A program made the translations under genes and the position numbers. Shown here one piece after another: positions 1 to 9,423 of a stretch of 64,000 nt of DNA. Location: IMG/VR virus record IMGVR_UViG_3300042870_001966; one strand, 5' to 3'. Below the pieces are notes generated by a model. The model ran no database searches. It had not been told where the DNA came from and worked only from the letters and a program-made list of their open reading frames with translations. Within the stretch, counting starts at the first letter, position 1. Each line of letters opens with the position of its first letter. Source of the stretch: a virus. Lineage: Duplodnaviria > Heunggongvirae > Uroviricota > Caudoviricetes.

Positions 1-1429
1 CGTAAATCGTTACCTTAACTTTCCCTTTTAATCCACGCATTCCCCTACCAATAGATTGACGTATTGTTACCTCAGATTTGTAACTCTCGGCCAAGATAAT
101 GTGATTAACGTTTTTTAAGTCAATTCCAGTAGAGAAAGTTCCGTATGATGCGACTAGTGTAACGCCAGGACCAGCTTCCATAATTCTTTGATATTCATCA
201 CGATCTGAGCTATCAACACCACCGTCTATGTAATAAACGTGCTCTCTCCATTCCTTAATCTTATCACAAATACGCTGGCCGTACTGATCCTTAACGTTTA
301 TGTATAGAATCAAAGTATTTCCTTCAAGTTTCTTAACGAATGCAGAAATGAAGTCAATTCTAGGTTCGTAAGAGACAATGAACGCTTTTTCAGAGTCGTA
401 CATCTCTTTACCGGACTTTCCTTCTTCTCGCAGAGCCATGTATTTCTCAACAAAAGGTTCAGTTTTAGGATATTCTAAGTAAACCATTTTAATATAGACA
501 TCAGGTGAGTAGTTATTCTCAATTAAGTGACTTGCGGATAGAGTCATACTTAATGGACCAAGAAATTCTTGAATTCTGAAGAAATCCGAATAGTCTTCTT
601 CTATTTTAATTGTTCCGGAAAGTCCAAGTTTGTATTCGACATTAACTGACTGTATTAAAATATCCCGAACAGAGTTTCCTCTACTTGTGTGACACTCATC
701 GATACAAACAATGCTAAATTCCTTGAAGAATTCAGGAGGTCTGTTAATTAGACTTTGGTAAGTTGAAATAACTATCTCAGATTCAGCAAATGCTTTGTCT
801 GTGTACTTACTCTTTCCGCCGATCGTCATTACGTTAAAGCTCATCAGACCGGTATTGTAATCGTCTGTGAATTTTTCAGCAGTTTGACTAACTAGTCCAG
901 CTCTAGGAACTACGATTAGGGCTTTTTTGCCATTTCCGGCGAGAATACCCTTTCTCTTAAGAAAGGCTAAATATAAAAAGAAAATAATTGTTTTACCAGC
1001 AGATGTTGCAAGTTCAAGAGAACAGAACTTGTATTTTAAGGCACGAAATACTGCCTCTAATTGATAGTCTCTAGCCTCAATGTTTGAACCATCCAGCATA
1101 ACTGACGTAAACTTTGCAAGTTGATCCTTTGTGAAATTTAAGTTAAATAATTTCTCATAATCTTCGATATGAACCTCATACTCAAATTTCTTACTGAAAT
1201 TAAATAGTTCTTTCCAAAGGCCGACTCCGATTTTGTGAGCGCCGGTTTCTTTATCGACTACAACAAAATGGTCGTATCCGTCCCATAACTTTCGTTTATA
1301 TAGACGATTAAAAAGATAGCCTTTTTGCCTCTTTTTAAAATAGAATTGAAGATCTTTGAGTTCGCCCTTTGTGTCATGGCTTACAAGTACAAGAAATTGT
1401 CGATCGTTTGATAATTTAAAGGTTAACAA
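1..1429 (-). CDS. uvsW: UvsW-like SF2 DNA helicase, truncated at left window edge
   Basis: Not in ORF track; manual translation from TTG at 1429 gives MLTFKLSNDRQFLVLVSH...KLWDGYDHF, Walker A ELATSAGKT, VCIDECH, and SYGTFSTGID...RQSIGRGMR helicase motifs. Confidence 0.88.
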   Translation of the reverse strand, partial: MLTFKLSNDRQFLVLVSHDTKGELKDLQFYFKKRQKGYLFNRLYKRKLWDGYDHFVVVDKETGAHKIGVGLWKELFNFSKKFEYEVHIEDYEKLFNLNFTKDQLAKFTSVMLDGSNIEARDYQLEAVFRALKYKFCSLELATSAGKTIIFFLYLAFLKRKGILAGNGKKALIVVPRAGLVSQTAEKFTDDYNTGLMSFNVMTIGGKSKYTDKAFAESEIVISTYQSLINRPPEFFKEFSIVCIDECHTSRGNSVRDILIQSVNVEYKLGLSGTIKIEEDYSDFFRIQEFLGPLSMTLSASHLIENNYSPDVYIKMVYLEYPKTEPFVEKYMALREEGKSGKEMYDSEKAFIVSYEPRIDFISAFVKKLEGNTLILYINVKDQYGQRICDKIKEWREHVYYIDGGVDSSDRDEYQRIMEAGPGVTLVASYGTFSTGIDLKNVNHIILAESYKSEVTIRQSIGRGMRGLKGKVKVTIY

Positions 1430-1444
1430 GCATTTAAAATATTT

Positions 1445-1885
1445 TTAATGCCCGTCTAGGAGCTTTTGTACGTCTAATCTGGTTTTAATACCAAATAGAA
1501 CTGCGTCAATTGTTTTAATGGAATCTGAGTAAAAAGTTATCTGATTTTCAACCTGTTCGATCTTTTCTTTAAGCGAGGCGGTCTTTCCATCAACTATTGT
1601 ATTCTTTTCATTAGCGCCATACCTCATTTGATGATTCTTTGATGCATCGATCCACTCTTCACCCTTCTTTTCACGGAAAGTCTTCTTAAGTTGAGTAAAG
1701 TGCTCAATAAGAGTGTGATTCTCCTCAAGCATTCTCTGCCTTAAGCTAAGAAATGTCACTTGAGCCTCAGGAATCTTACGAATGTGCTCGAGAAGTTTGA
1801 TTCCTACATAGATTTCGCCAGAGAACGATTCTCGTTTCTCTCTAAAAACTTCAGCAATAGTTCTTTTTGGGGTAGTTTCTTCCAT
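1445..1885 (-). CDS. UvsY-like recombination mediator
   Basis: 146 aa helical protein directly upstream of uvsW as in T4-like phages; C-terminus SIKTIDAVLFGIKTRLDVQKLLDG resembles the UvsY C-terminus. Confidence 0.55.
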   Translation of the reverse strand: MEETTPKRTIAEVFREKRESFSGEIYVGIKLLEHIRKIPEAQVTFLSLRQRMLEENHTLIEHFTQLKKTFREKKGEEWIDASKNHQMRYGANEKNTIVDGKTASLKEKIEQVENQITFYSDSIKTIDAVLFGIKTRLDVQKLLDGH

Positions 1886-1891
1886 ACCTAT

Positions 1892-1918
1892 ATTTTATCA
1901 AAAACTTGCAGTAAGTTT
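1892..1918 (-). promoter_or_regulatory. AAAC-N16-ATAAAAT promoter (class A)
   Basis: Matches recurring AAAC-N16/17-(-10) motif; -10 ends 6 nt before the ATG at 1885. Confidence 0.6.
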
Positions 1919-2388
1919 TAACTGATAAAGCAATAATATAGACTTTCGATTTGATAGAAGTCACTATTGAACTCTTGAATTATATTACTTGAGTAAATTG
2001 AATCCCCAAGTTCATGATGATCACCGTTTGTGTAGAAGACAGAGACGCCTCCATCGTAAAGGCATACAACTGAGTCTAATTTATAGTGCTGAATTGACCC
2101 TCTAACCATCTCCTTGAATTGCTCATGAGATACGTCAGAACCCTCATTAGTAACAAAGATACTAGGAAATGATCTCTTGATCCGGTGGCCGCTATTTTCT
2201 ATTGAATTTAGTATTTGTAGCACATAAGGCAGCTTGCCATAGTCATCTAGGTCTTTTAGGACTTGATTGTACTGTTTTGAATTAGTAAAGTTATAAATTA
2301 CGAAAGGTTTTTGCGCCTGCACACAGTCTCTAACCAATTGATAATGGTTTCCATCGTATTCTCTTGTTTTTCTTAGCGATCTGTTCAT
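1918..2388 (-). CDS. hypothetical protein
   Basis: 156 aa ORF preceded by late-type ATAAATAA; no recognisable motif. Confidence 0.6.
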   Translation of the reverse strand: MNRSLRKTREYDGNHYQLVRDCVQAQKPFVIYNFTNSKQYNQVLKDLDDYGKLPYVLQILNSIENSGHRIKRSFPSIFVTNEGSDVSHEQFKEMVRGSIQHYKLDSVVCLYDGGVSVFYTNGDHHELGDSIYSSNIIQEFNSDFYQIESLYYCFIS

Positions 2389-2406
2389 AATTTAGTATAT
2401 TAGATA

Positions 2407-2434
2407 AAACTACTAGGTTATTTATCAGTAAAAT
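2407..2434 (+). promoter_or_regulatory. AAAC-N17-GTAAAAT promoter (class A)
   Basis: Motif match ending 5 nt before ATG 2440; its spacer contains a divergent late-type motif. Confidence 0.6.
2418..2425 (-). promoter_or_regulatory. late-type promoter ATAAATAA
   Basis: GATAAATAA on minus strand upstream of ORF 1918-2388; similar to T4 gp55 TATAAATA. Confidence 0.55.
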
Positions 2435-2439
2435 ACTCT

Positions 2440-2979
2440 ATGGAAAATCATATTCATATTAACATATTCGACTTTGACGAAACTCTCTTTAGAGTGCCAG
2501 GTTACACATGCAAAGAAGCAAAGGGAATTACGCCCTACGACTGGTTTGACTCGCCTGAGTCTTTATCACCGGAGTTCAACATTCGAGCAATCTTAAATAC
2601 TTGCGAGCAAACTCAAGCGCAACCAGACGTTCTTAGTTTTTTAATAACTCACCGAGTTAAAGCCTGTCAAGAAAGAGTTCTTGAAATACTTAGAGATAAT
2701 GGCGGAATCTTATTCGATAAAACGTTCTTTCTTGGAAGAGAATCTGCTAAGGCTGAGGTTGCCCTTAAATTGATTAGAACTCACGAAGCTAATTCAATCA
2801 CAATATTTGAAGATTCACTATGGGAAATCATTAAGTACACAGAAGCATTCTTGGATGCAGGCTTAATGATTGATATTGAATTCATCTTTGTTGATAAGAG
2901 TCGAGTAATTACAATCGCATGGGAAACCGCTAGGTCCATTGCTGAACTATCTCAAATTGAAAAATTAAGCATACAATGA
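2440..2979 (+). CDS. HAD-superfamily phosphatase (Swiss-Army-knife RNA-repair-like HAD)
   Basis: Motif I IFDFDETLF, motif II LITHR, motif IV IFEDS. Confidence 0.7.
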   Translation: MENHIHINIFDFDETLFRVPGYTCKEAKGITPYDWFDSPESLSPEFNIRAILNTCEQTQAQPDVLSFLITHRVKACQERVLEILRDNGGILFDKTFFLGRESAKAEVALKLIRTHEANSITIFEDSLWEIIKYTEAFLDAGLMIDIEFIFVDKSRVITIAWETARSIAELSQIEKLSIQ

Positions 2980-3584
2980 TATTATTCGTAGAAGGCGCCA
3001 GGCACTGTGGCAAAACATTTTTAATTAATCAATTTATCGAGAAGGCAAATGATCCAAGAATTGAGTACTACAAATTCTATTTCGCAGATCATATTAAAAC
3101 GTTAGGATTAGTTGGATTAGACACTGATCCAAGTCTTCATTATTTTAGCTTGGGAAATATCATGACCATTATGGAAATGAATCTTAGACCTGAATATTCA
3201 GATAAAATTTGGATATTTGATCGAGCTATCATATCTGCATACACTTGGGCAATCTTAAGAAAAAGATTAACTCGAACTAAAGCTGAGCTTGAATTCTTAA
3301 CTCTATTGAAAACTAATTTATATGCAAATTCAAAAACGTTAGTAGTTTCAGTTGCAGGTCAAACTGGTGATTCTAGCAGAGTTAAAGATACTTGGGATGG
3401 AGCACATTCTACACTAGAAGAACAGCAACTAATGGCTCATCTAATTGAGCTTGGTGTAAAAGATCTTGTAAATTCAGAAAAAAATAACAAACTAAGCATC
3501 GTTTTTAATAAGTTTGATGAAGATTCGGTTAATTCATTTAATGCCGAGTGTTATACATTATTAGGAATAGAGCCTAATAAATAA
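2976..3584 (+). CDS. P-loop nucleotide kinase (thymidylate/dNMP kinase-like)
   Basis: MILFVEGARHCGKT Walker A and WIFDRAIIS (TMPK-type DR motif); ATGA overlap with upstream HAD gene. Confidence 0.7.
   Translation: MILFVEGARHCGKTFLINQFIEKANDPRIEYYKFYFADHIKTLGLVGLDTDPSLHYFSLGNIMTIMEMNLRPEYSDKIWIFDRAIISAYTWAILRKRLTRTKAELEFLTLLKTNLYANSKTLVVSVAGQTGDSSRVKDTWDGAHSTLEEQQLMAHLIELGVKDLVNSEKNNKLSIVFNKFDEDSVNSFNAECYTLLGIEPNK
3577..3584 (+). promoter_or_regulatory. late-type promoter ATAAATAA
   Basis: Embedded in the Asn-Lys-stop end of the kinase gene, 5 nt before ATG 3590. Confidence 0.55.
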
Positions 3585-3589
3585 CAGAT

Positions 3590-5458
3590 ATGGCAGGATT
3601 ATCACACTTACGAGACGTTTATGAAAAGCGTGGAAAGGACTTCCTTGACAGTCTTTTAAATAAGACAGTTATCATCAACGAAAAAATTGACGGTGCCTAT
3701 TTTGGTGCCAAGAAAGATGCACAACAGAATAACTTTAACTTCTTTAAAAAAGACAGCAAAATTGGTTACATCGACCGAGTTCTTAGTCGCTACTACGAGC
3801 CGGGCATTGGACATTTTGAGAGTCTTGGGACTGATGTAATTTCAGCAATTCCTGAAAATTACGTGTTTGGAATGGATTATACTCCGAATCGTGAAACTCC
3901 TCTAACCCTAAGTCACATTAAGGTATTGGATGAAAATTACCAATTATCTGAGATTATTCATGATTTCGGTAAATTAAACGAATGGGCTGGTAAGCTTGGA
4001 GTAAATCCTCCAGCGATTCTATTTCAAGGTAAACTTAATGACGAACAAAAGGTAAAGATACAGGAATTCCTGTTTACTCCAGCAGCTTCATTGATTGAAA
4101 AGTTCAAAACGATCTCATTCACTAAACACATTATGGCAGTATTGGATCCAACTGTTGACGAAACGGCTCAAACTAAAGAGTATGAGAGATCAATTGACGA
4201 AATTGTATTTAGATTCTTTGATGATAATAAAACAGCGAATGAAGCTTCAGTACTAGCGAAATTAGTTGATCCCGTTTTTTACGATAATGCAAAACAGCTA
4301 TCGCCTGAGAAAGTTCAAAGGAAGAGTGATGATTATATTTGGATTATTGTTATTGATTTAATGAATTTTATTGAAGGCTACAGAATATCAGAGCTTAGGG
4401 AATTCGTTGAGGCTGGAGAAACTCCAGAGGAGAGATACGTTTCTCTGATAAATCGACTGTTTGCTGAGTTTATTAAAGAGTACGGCGACAAATACGGAGA
4501 TCTAGATATTCAGGTCCCAGCGTTTCTACAAAAACCTGAGTTTGATATTAATTTAGACCTAATTAATGATCCATTCGTAACTACTATAATTGCAAAGAAT
4601 CCTAATTATAAAGAAATTTACCGAATATTCATTAATATTTTTAGAAAAAAGAAAGTTAAAGTAAATTCAAATCTATTCACTGATGCAATGAAGACTAATT
4701 TATTAGCACAAATCGATAAACTTGGACAGGTTGCAATGGGAGATCAATTATTTGAAAACTATTTTCCTTCATTCAATGAATTTGTAGGAGACGATAAGAA
4801 TCCTGGCTATTTTGAAACATACGATATCGCGCAAAATGAAGAGCGTAAAGTAAAGAAAGTTAATTTACTGATTTCAGAATTTCAACCGATCCATAAAGGA
4901 CACCTAAAGAATGCAAAAATCCTTACTGAGAAAAACGGACTTCCTACTCTATTAATATGCGTACATCCTGGAAAATCAGGAAAAATCTTCCCGTTTAAGA
5001 AAGAAACTATTAATAACGCCCTATCTAAATTAACGGCAAACGAGAAACCTAATATAGCAGGTCACGTAATGGTTGGAGATGGAAATATTGAATCTATACT
5101 TAAAGCAATAAAACCTGGTTTTGAGCCAGTTAGCATCGCAGCAGAACCTAGCCGAATTAAAGATATCGCACTACAATTAGACTTAGCAAAAAAGAGATCA
5201 AGAAACCTAAATATTAAGAGAGAGACTTCGTTAATTGAAGTACCTACTACAAGTATTGGAGAATCAATTATGACCTCAATTAAAAACAGAGATTTTGCTT
5301 CATTTAAAGAAGCTACCCCGATCACCATACATTCAGAATTCTATAACTTAAATAAAGATCTAATGGAATCATTAACTGAATCTATTAGTCATGAGAATGT
5401 GATCGAAGATGAAATTAAGAAACCTAACCCAACTCCTATAATTCAAATAGAAGACTAA
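3590..5458 (+). CDS. fusion: N-terminal ligase-like (KxDG) nucleotidyltransferase domain + C-terminal HxGH (cytidylyltransferase/NMNAT-like) domain
   Basis: NEKIDGAY (motif I), DEIVFR (motif IV-like), LAKLVD (motif V-like); C-terminal ISEFQPIHKGHL. Confidence 0.55.
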   Translation: MAGLSHLRDVYEKRGKDFLDSLLNKTVIINEKIDGAYFGAKKDAQQNNFNFFKKDSKIGYIDRVLSRYYEPGIGHFESLGTDVISAIPENYVFGMDYTPNRETPLTLSHIKVLDENYQLSEIIHDFGKLNEWAGKLGVNPPAILFQGKLNDEQKVKIQEFLFTPAASLIEKFKTISFTKHIMAVLDPTVDETAQTKEYERSIDEIVFRFFDDNKTANEASVLAKLVDPVFYDNAKQLSPEKVQRKSDDYIWIIVIDLMNFIEGYRISELREFVEAGETPEERYVSLINRLFAEFIKEYGDKYGDLDIQVPAFLQKPEFDINLDLINDPFVTTIIAKNPNYKEIYRIFINIFRKKKVKVNSNLFTDAMKTNLLAQIDKLGQVAMGDQLFENYFPSFNEFVGDDKNPGYFETYDIAQNEERKVKKVNLLISEFQPIHKGHLKNAKILTEKNGLPTLLICVHPGKSGKIFPFKKETINNALSKLTANEKPNIAGHVMVGDGNIESILKAIKPGFEPVSIAAEPSRIKDIALQLDLAKKRSRNLNIKRETSLIEVPTTSIGESIMTSIKNRDFASFKEATPITIHSEFYNLNKDLMESLTESISHENVIEDEIKKPNPTPIIQIED

Positions 5459-5465
5459 CTAAACT

Positions 5466-5492
5466 AAAAAAGCTCCATAAGGAGCTTTTTTT
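5466..5492. terminator. bidirectional intrinsic terminator
   Basis: AAAAAAGCTCC-ATAA-GGAGCTTTTTT between convergent genes. Confidence 0.85.
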
Positions 5493-5511
5493 ATGTGATT
5501 AGGTTAGGAAT

Positions 5512-7080
5512 CTACAGAGTTGTAAATTCTCCTTTTATAAAATTGATATGTTGCGCTTTACCATCATGGTGGATGATTACGTGTGACTGGAGCCATCCAC
5601 TAGGTCCGACATTATAGTTAACTCTTAATTTAGTTGAAGTCCCTACAGCTAACGCGCCGTCCTTTCTTCCAGGAGAATGGTAATGTCCAACTACAATTTT
5701 TGTATTTAATTTTCTAAATTGAAGCAGAGATCCGCGTGATCCGTTTGAACCTACATCTCCGTGTTGAGCAAGCTCCCAGCCATTTACGACAAGGCTATCA
5801 CTTCGGCCTAATGTTTTGAAACTTGGAAATCTCTCGTTGATTAGGTACGGAATAACTCCATTTGGTGCAACTCCCCTAAGCAGTAGAGAACTGTATTCCA
5901 TGTACTCAAGAGAGTTCTTTATGGTTGCAGCTTTTCTCCAGTCAGTGGTTTTTAACCAACGGTCTAGAAAATCGTCATGATTACTTCTAACGATAGCTAC
6001 ATTATAGTCTCTAAAATCCTCAAGCCCGACTAGCATTGCATCGACCTCTTTTCTCAATGAGTTAGACCCGTCCTGCTCTCTGTGATATTGAATGAATGGG
6101 TCGTTTATTTCATGATGATTAATTGAAAGTCCATCAAATACGTCATGTAGAATAACATTTTCAGGATGAAGTTTCTTAAATAGGTCTAGGGTTTTATTAA
6201 TTACACGTTGATCGTGTTGACCATAGTGAAGATCGCCTAGGATCGCGGCAGCTACTGAAGTTACTTCAGAGATTTCGCTTGATTCAGTATCGTCATTGTA
6301 TTCAACTCGATTGTATAGGTCAGTGAAATTACCATCGTCGGTTGCGGTTACTTGTCTAGCGAAGAATGTATTAGAGTCTTTTATTTCAACGACTACAAAA
6401 CCAAGAGTATGGTGGAATTCTCCCTTCTTACCTGATTTAGAATCAGTATAGTTAGAAACGGTGCATGCTCCAGTAGTCATCATCATTTTTGGAAGATTTC
6501 CTTCAAGTACAGGAACTGTTTCTAAATGAACTTTCGGAGAGCCAAAGACACATGAGTTAATACCAGTCATTCCCTGAAGACCAGTCATTGGATCAACTGC
6601 GGTTGGCTGAATTTTAATATCTGACATGATCCACATGTGTTTGTGAACCTCATGTCTATTTGCATCTAAATATGTTTCAATTCGACTAGACCACGTTTCG
6701 TAATTTTTATCAGAGAAAACGGAGGTTGGGTTTTTATAGCGACCTGCGATTACGTGGATATCTGCATTAATGTGATCTGCGTACTTTTCGATATTGGATA
6801 CAAAGTCTTCATGAACTGGCGTATCGTTTTGGGCCCAGGTGATAATGAAACGTTTCTTCTTTTTATTGAATTTTCGCTCTCGGGCTTTAATTAATTGCGG
6901 TGATTCTTGTATTGAACTTTCAGTTATTCCTAATTTGGCTAACCATTTCTGAACAGTTCTCTCGGACTTATTTAGAAATGAGCTTAATTCTTTCATTCTG
7001 GTGTCCCAACTTAAATCCTTATTCCAATAGAGATTAGATAGGTTGGAAACATCTTCTGGGGTTAATTCGTTAAACTTCAT
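5512..7080 (-). CDS. HTH + calcineurin-like metallophosphoesterase
   Basis: N-terminal HTH-like SFLNKSERTVQKWLAKLG; metallophosphoesterase motifs GDLHYG, HDVFDG, SNHD, HGD, GHYH. Confidence 0.75.
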   Translation of the reverse strand: MKFNELTPEDVSNLSNLYWNKDLSWDTRMKELSSFLNKSERTVQKWLAKLGITESSIQESPQLIKARERKFNKKKKRFIITWAQNDTPVHEDFVSNIEKYADHINADIHVIAGRYKNPTSVFSDKNYETWSSRIETYLDANRHEVHKHMWIMSDIKIQPTAVDPMTGLQGMTGINSCVFGSPKVHLETVPVLEGNLPKMMMTTGACTVSNYTDSKSGKKGEFHHTLGFVVVEIKDSNTFFARQVTATDDGNFTDLYNRVEYNDDTESSEISEVTSVAAAILGDLHYGQHDQRVINKTLDLFKKLHPENVILHDVFDGLSINHHEINDPFIQYHREQDGSNSLRKEVDAMLVGLEDFRDYNVAIVRSNHDDFLDRWLKTTDWRKAATIKNSLEYMEYSSLLLRGVAPNGVIPYLINERFPSFKTLGRSDSLVVNGWELAQHGDVGSNGSRGSLLQFRKLNTKIVVGHYHSPGRKDGALAVGTSTKLRVNYNVGPSGWLQSHVIIHHDGKAQHINFIKGEFTTL

Positions 7081-7105
7081 TGATGTATACAGTTTTTGTT
7101 AACTA

Positions 7106-7132
7106 ATTATATTTAATACTTGGATAAAGTTT
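7106..7132 (-). promoter_or_regulatory. AAAC-N16-ATATAAT promoter (class A)
   Basis: Motif match upstream of ORF starting at 7080. Confidence 0.65.
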
Positions 7133-7168
7133 TACTTGAGAACTTCCAAAGTAGTGGAAGATTGCCTA

Positions 7169-7176
7169 ATAAATAA
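7169..7176 (+). promoter_or_regulatory. late-type promoter ATAAATAA
   Basis: GCCTAATAAATAAC, same context as the 3572 site; 4 nt before ATG 7181. Confidence 0.55.
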
Positions 7177-7180
7177 CCCT

Positions 7181-7426
7181 ATGGAAAAGAGCGCTAAAAA
7201 CGTAGATAACTACCGGAAGGGTAAAGAACCTTTAAAGAATGCTGTGATGCAGCATCCAACCGGGAACGAAGTATACGATTTTTTACAGAAAAAAGTGAAT
7301 CGCGACTTTTGGGTTACACCGTTTAAGAAATGGCAGAAAATCCAAAAATATAATAATAAAGCGAATGACTATATGCAGGATCACGACTATCTTGGTCCGC
7401 TTGGCCGTGGAGATAATGACAGATAA
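7181..7426 (+). CDS. hypothetical protein
   Basis: In frame with track ORF 7136-7426; start moved to ATG 7181 (MEKSAK) just after the late motif. Confidence 0.6.
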   Translation: MEKSAKNVDNYRKGKEPLKNAVMQHPTGNEVYDFLQKKVNRDFWVTPFKKWQKIQKYNNKANDYMQDHDYLGPLGRGDNDR

Positions 7427-7443
7427 AAATACTTTAAAAACTA

Positions 7444-7863
7444 ATGTTTGGACTAGAAGACCTTACTGAACCACATACGGGTGAAGACAAAACAATCGCC
7501 TATTTCGTGCTATCTCTAATGCAGATCGCGGATCAGGCAAAAATAATTCACTGGCAAACTGGATACGATACTGAACACCGTCACTTTGGAGCTTTCTACG
7601 AAGGTTTTATTGAGAGCATGGACACAATAGTTGAAGCGATTGCTGGTAAATACGGATCACAAAATCTTAAGTTCGGAGAAGCAGCTATTATGGTTTACGA
7701 TTATGATATGGCTTACATGGAATTCTTTAAATTAGTAGATGAAGCATTACGTGGAACATTTGCAGAAATATTTGATAGAGAGGAAGATTCTGATCTGTAT
7801 AATTTAATAGATGAGGTACTAGTCCTTAAAAACAAAACGCAATATTTGCTACAACAAAAGTAA
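7444..7863 (+). CDS. ferritin/Dps-like four-helix protein (DUF5856-like)
   Basis: IHWQT...EHRHFGAFYEGFIESMDTIVE pattern typical of phage Dps-like proteins. Confidence 0.65.
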   Translation: MFGLEDLTEPHTGEDKTIAYFVLSLMQIADQAKIIHWQTGYDTEHRHFGAFYEGFIESMDTIVEAIAGKYGSQNLKFGEAAIMVYDYDMAYMEFFKLVDEALRGTFAEIFDREEDSDLYNLIDEVLVLKNKTQYLLQQK

Positions 7864-7864
7864 T

Positions 7865-9421
7865 ATGTTTTTAAAAGTAAGAAAATTACAATCAATTGAG
7901 AATTTAATTCTTGAAACTGACCTGATTCAGATCGGCGATGAGGCTAACGATATTCTCAATAAAGTAAAGTCCGAAGATGATACGACTGGATCTGGGCCTA
8001 CTGGCGATAATAACGAGGACCTAAATCGTCTTCTTGATATGCTATTTAATTTAGGAGAAGATGAGCTTACTGGAAAATTAGATGATCCGACTCTGTCAAA
8101 GATATTTTCGGATCCTAAAATGAAGCAAACTCTTGAGGAGTATTTTGCATATTTACAGGAAAGAATCAAAGTCTTTAGAGAAGAGTTAATGAAAGCTCTA
8201 AATGAGGTTCCGGTAAATGAAGCAAAAGTTGGTCAAATTACAGATAAAATTACAAAATTTGTTTGTAGAGTTAGAGTAATTGAGCTAATTTATCAAAACA
8301 AAGCCTCTAAAAAGAAAGCTGGTGACGAGCCTGATTTTAGTGAAGAAATTAATAAAAAGGTTTCTGAAATAAACGATGAACTCTATAATTTGTATTCACT
8401 AATGGTAATTATACCAGCAGAGAAAACTAAACAGTCTTATTCTAAATTTCAAGGAGCTCAAAATCAAGAAGAAAAAGAAGCTGCTGCACAGGAAGTATTT
8501 TCAAATTTAGAAGCAGCTGAAATCTTAGCAGCGGAAATGCCGGAGGAAGTTTCAGCCGGAATTGAAGATGCTACAGCAACGTACACTTCTCAAATATCAT
8601 CAGAACTTGGAAATGACGTAACCTCTGACATTAAGGCTGGAGTTTACGTAAATAAGAACGTTGCCTCTTTAATTAGACGAATATTTGAATTTCAATACAC
8701 AAATTGGACAAACGAGAATGATATTTTAGCGGAAGCGAATAAGCTTAGAACAAGCGTTAATGGATTTCCGGACGTATCGACTGAAGCAAAGGAATACCTA
8801 TTGCGACTAATTGACCAGATTCAAGTAGCGTTAATTGAAAAGGCTAAGAATAAGCAATTCGATACCAAGAAATATAAAGGAATCCATTACGATTTTAATA
8901 AGAAACTACCGTTATACGAAAGAACTTCTCTTCCAGTAAATGGAAAACAAATAGCAGACGAAACTAAATTAATGAAATTTAGAAAAGCTGCTCAATCGTT
9001 AATGGAGTTGATATTCGGTGGAGAAAAAACCGGCGGAGTAACTGCACAAGCTTTTGAAAGAACTGGTAAATGGGCACATGCGATTTATGCAAAAACCCTA
9101 AACGGCGCAGCTAAAGTAATAGGAAAAGCGGTAAAAGGCCGAGAAGGAGAAATGAAAGCTGATGCGTTTAGTCGACTATTCATATTCGATACTTCTGTAG
9201 TAGACGAACCTAAGGCTAAACAGGTTAGCGAAGATGGAGTAGCTCCTGGAGTTTCTCCACAGGTACCTGGATCAATTGGCGGAATGGGAGCTATTACACC
9301 ACCGACTGAAACATCATTTGGTTCTGGAGATAATTTCGGAATTCAGAAAAAAGGCAAAAAGAAAAAGTATGGCGTTGTATTAGGCTTCGCTGATTTTATA
9401 AAAGAACAAAATAACCTATAA
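7865..9421 (+). CDS. hypothetical protein, probable virion/internal protein
   Basis: 518 aa helical ORF in late operon; C-terminal VLGFADFIKE motif. Confidence 0.6.
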   Translation: MFLKVRKLQSIENLILETDLIQIGDEANDILNKVKSEDDTTGSGPTGDNNEDLNRLLDMLFNLGEDELTGKLDDPTLSKIFSDPKMKQTLEEYFAYLQERIKVFREELMKALNEVPVNEAKVGQITDKITKFVCRVRVIELIYQNKASKKKAGDEPDFSEEINKKVSEINDELYNLYSLMVIIPAEKTKQSYSKFQGAQNQEEKEAAAQEVFSNLEAAEILAAEMPEEVSAGIEDATATYTSQISSELGNDVTSDIKAGVYVNKNVASLIRRIFEFQYTNWTNENDILAEANKLRTSVNGFPDVSTEAKEYLLRLIDQIQVALIEKAKNKQFDTKKYKGIHYDFNKKLPLYERTSLPVNGKQIADETKLMKFRKAAQSLMELIFGGEKTGGVTAQAFERTGKWAHAIYAKTLNGAAKVIGKAVKGREGEMKADAFSRLFIFDTSVVDEPKAKQVSEDGVAPGVSPQVPGSIGGMGAITPPTETSFGSGDNFGIQKKGKKKKYGVVLGFADFIKEQNNL

Positions 9422-9423
9422 TA

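Noticed and set aside
7136-7180. TTG start of track ORF 7136-7426
   Set aside because: It overlaps the divergent class A promoter region and lies upstream of the late box; ATG 7181 fits better.
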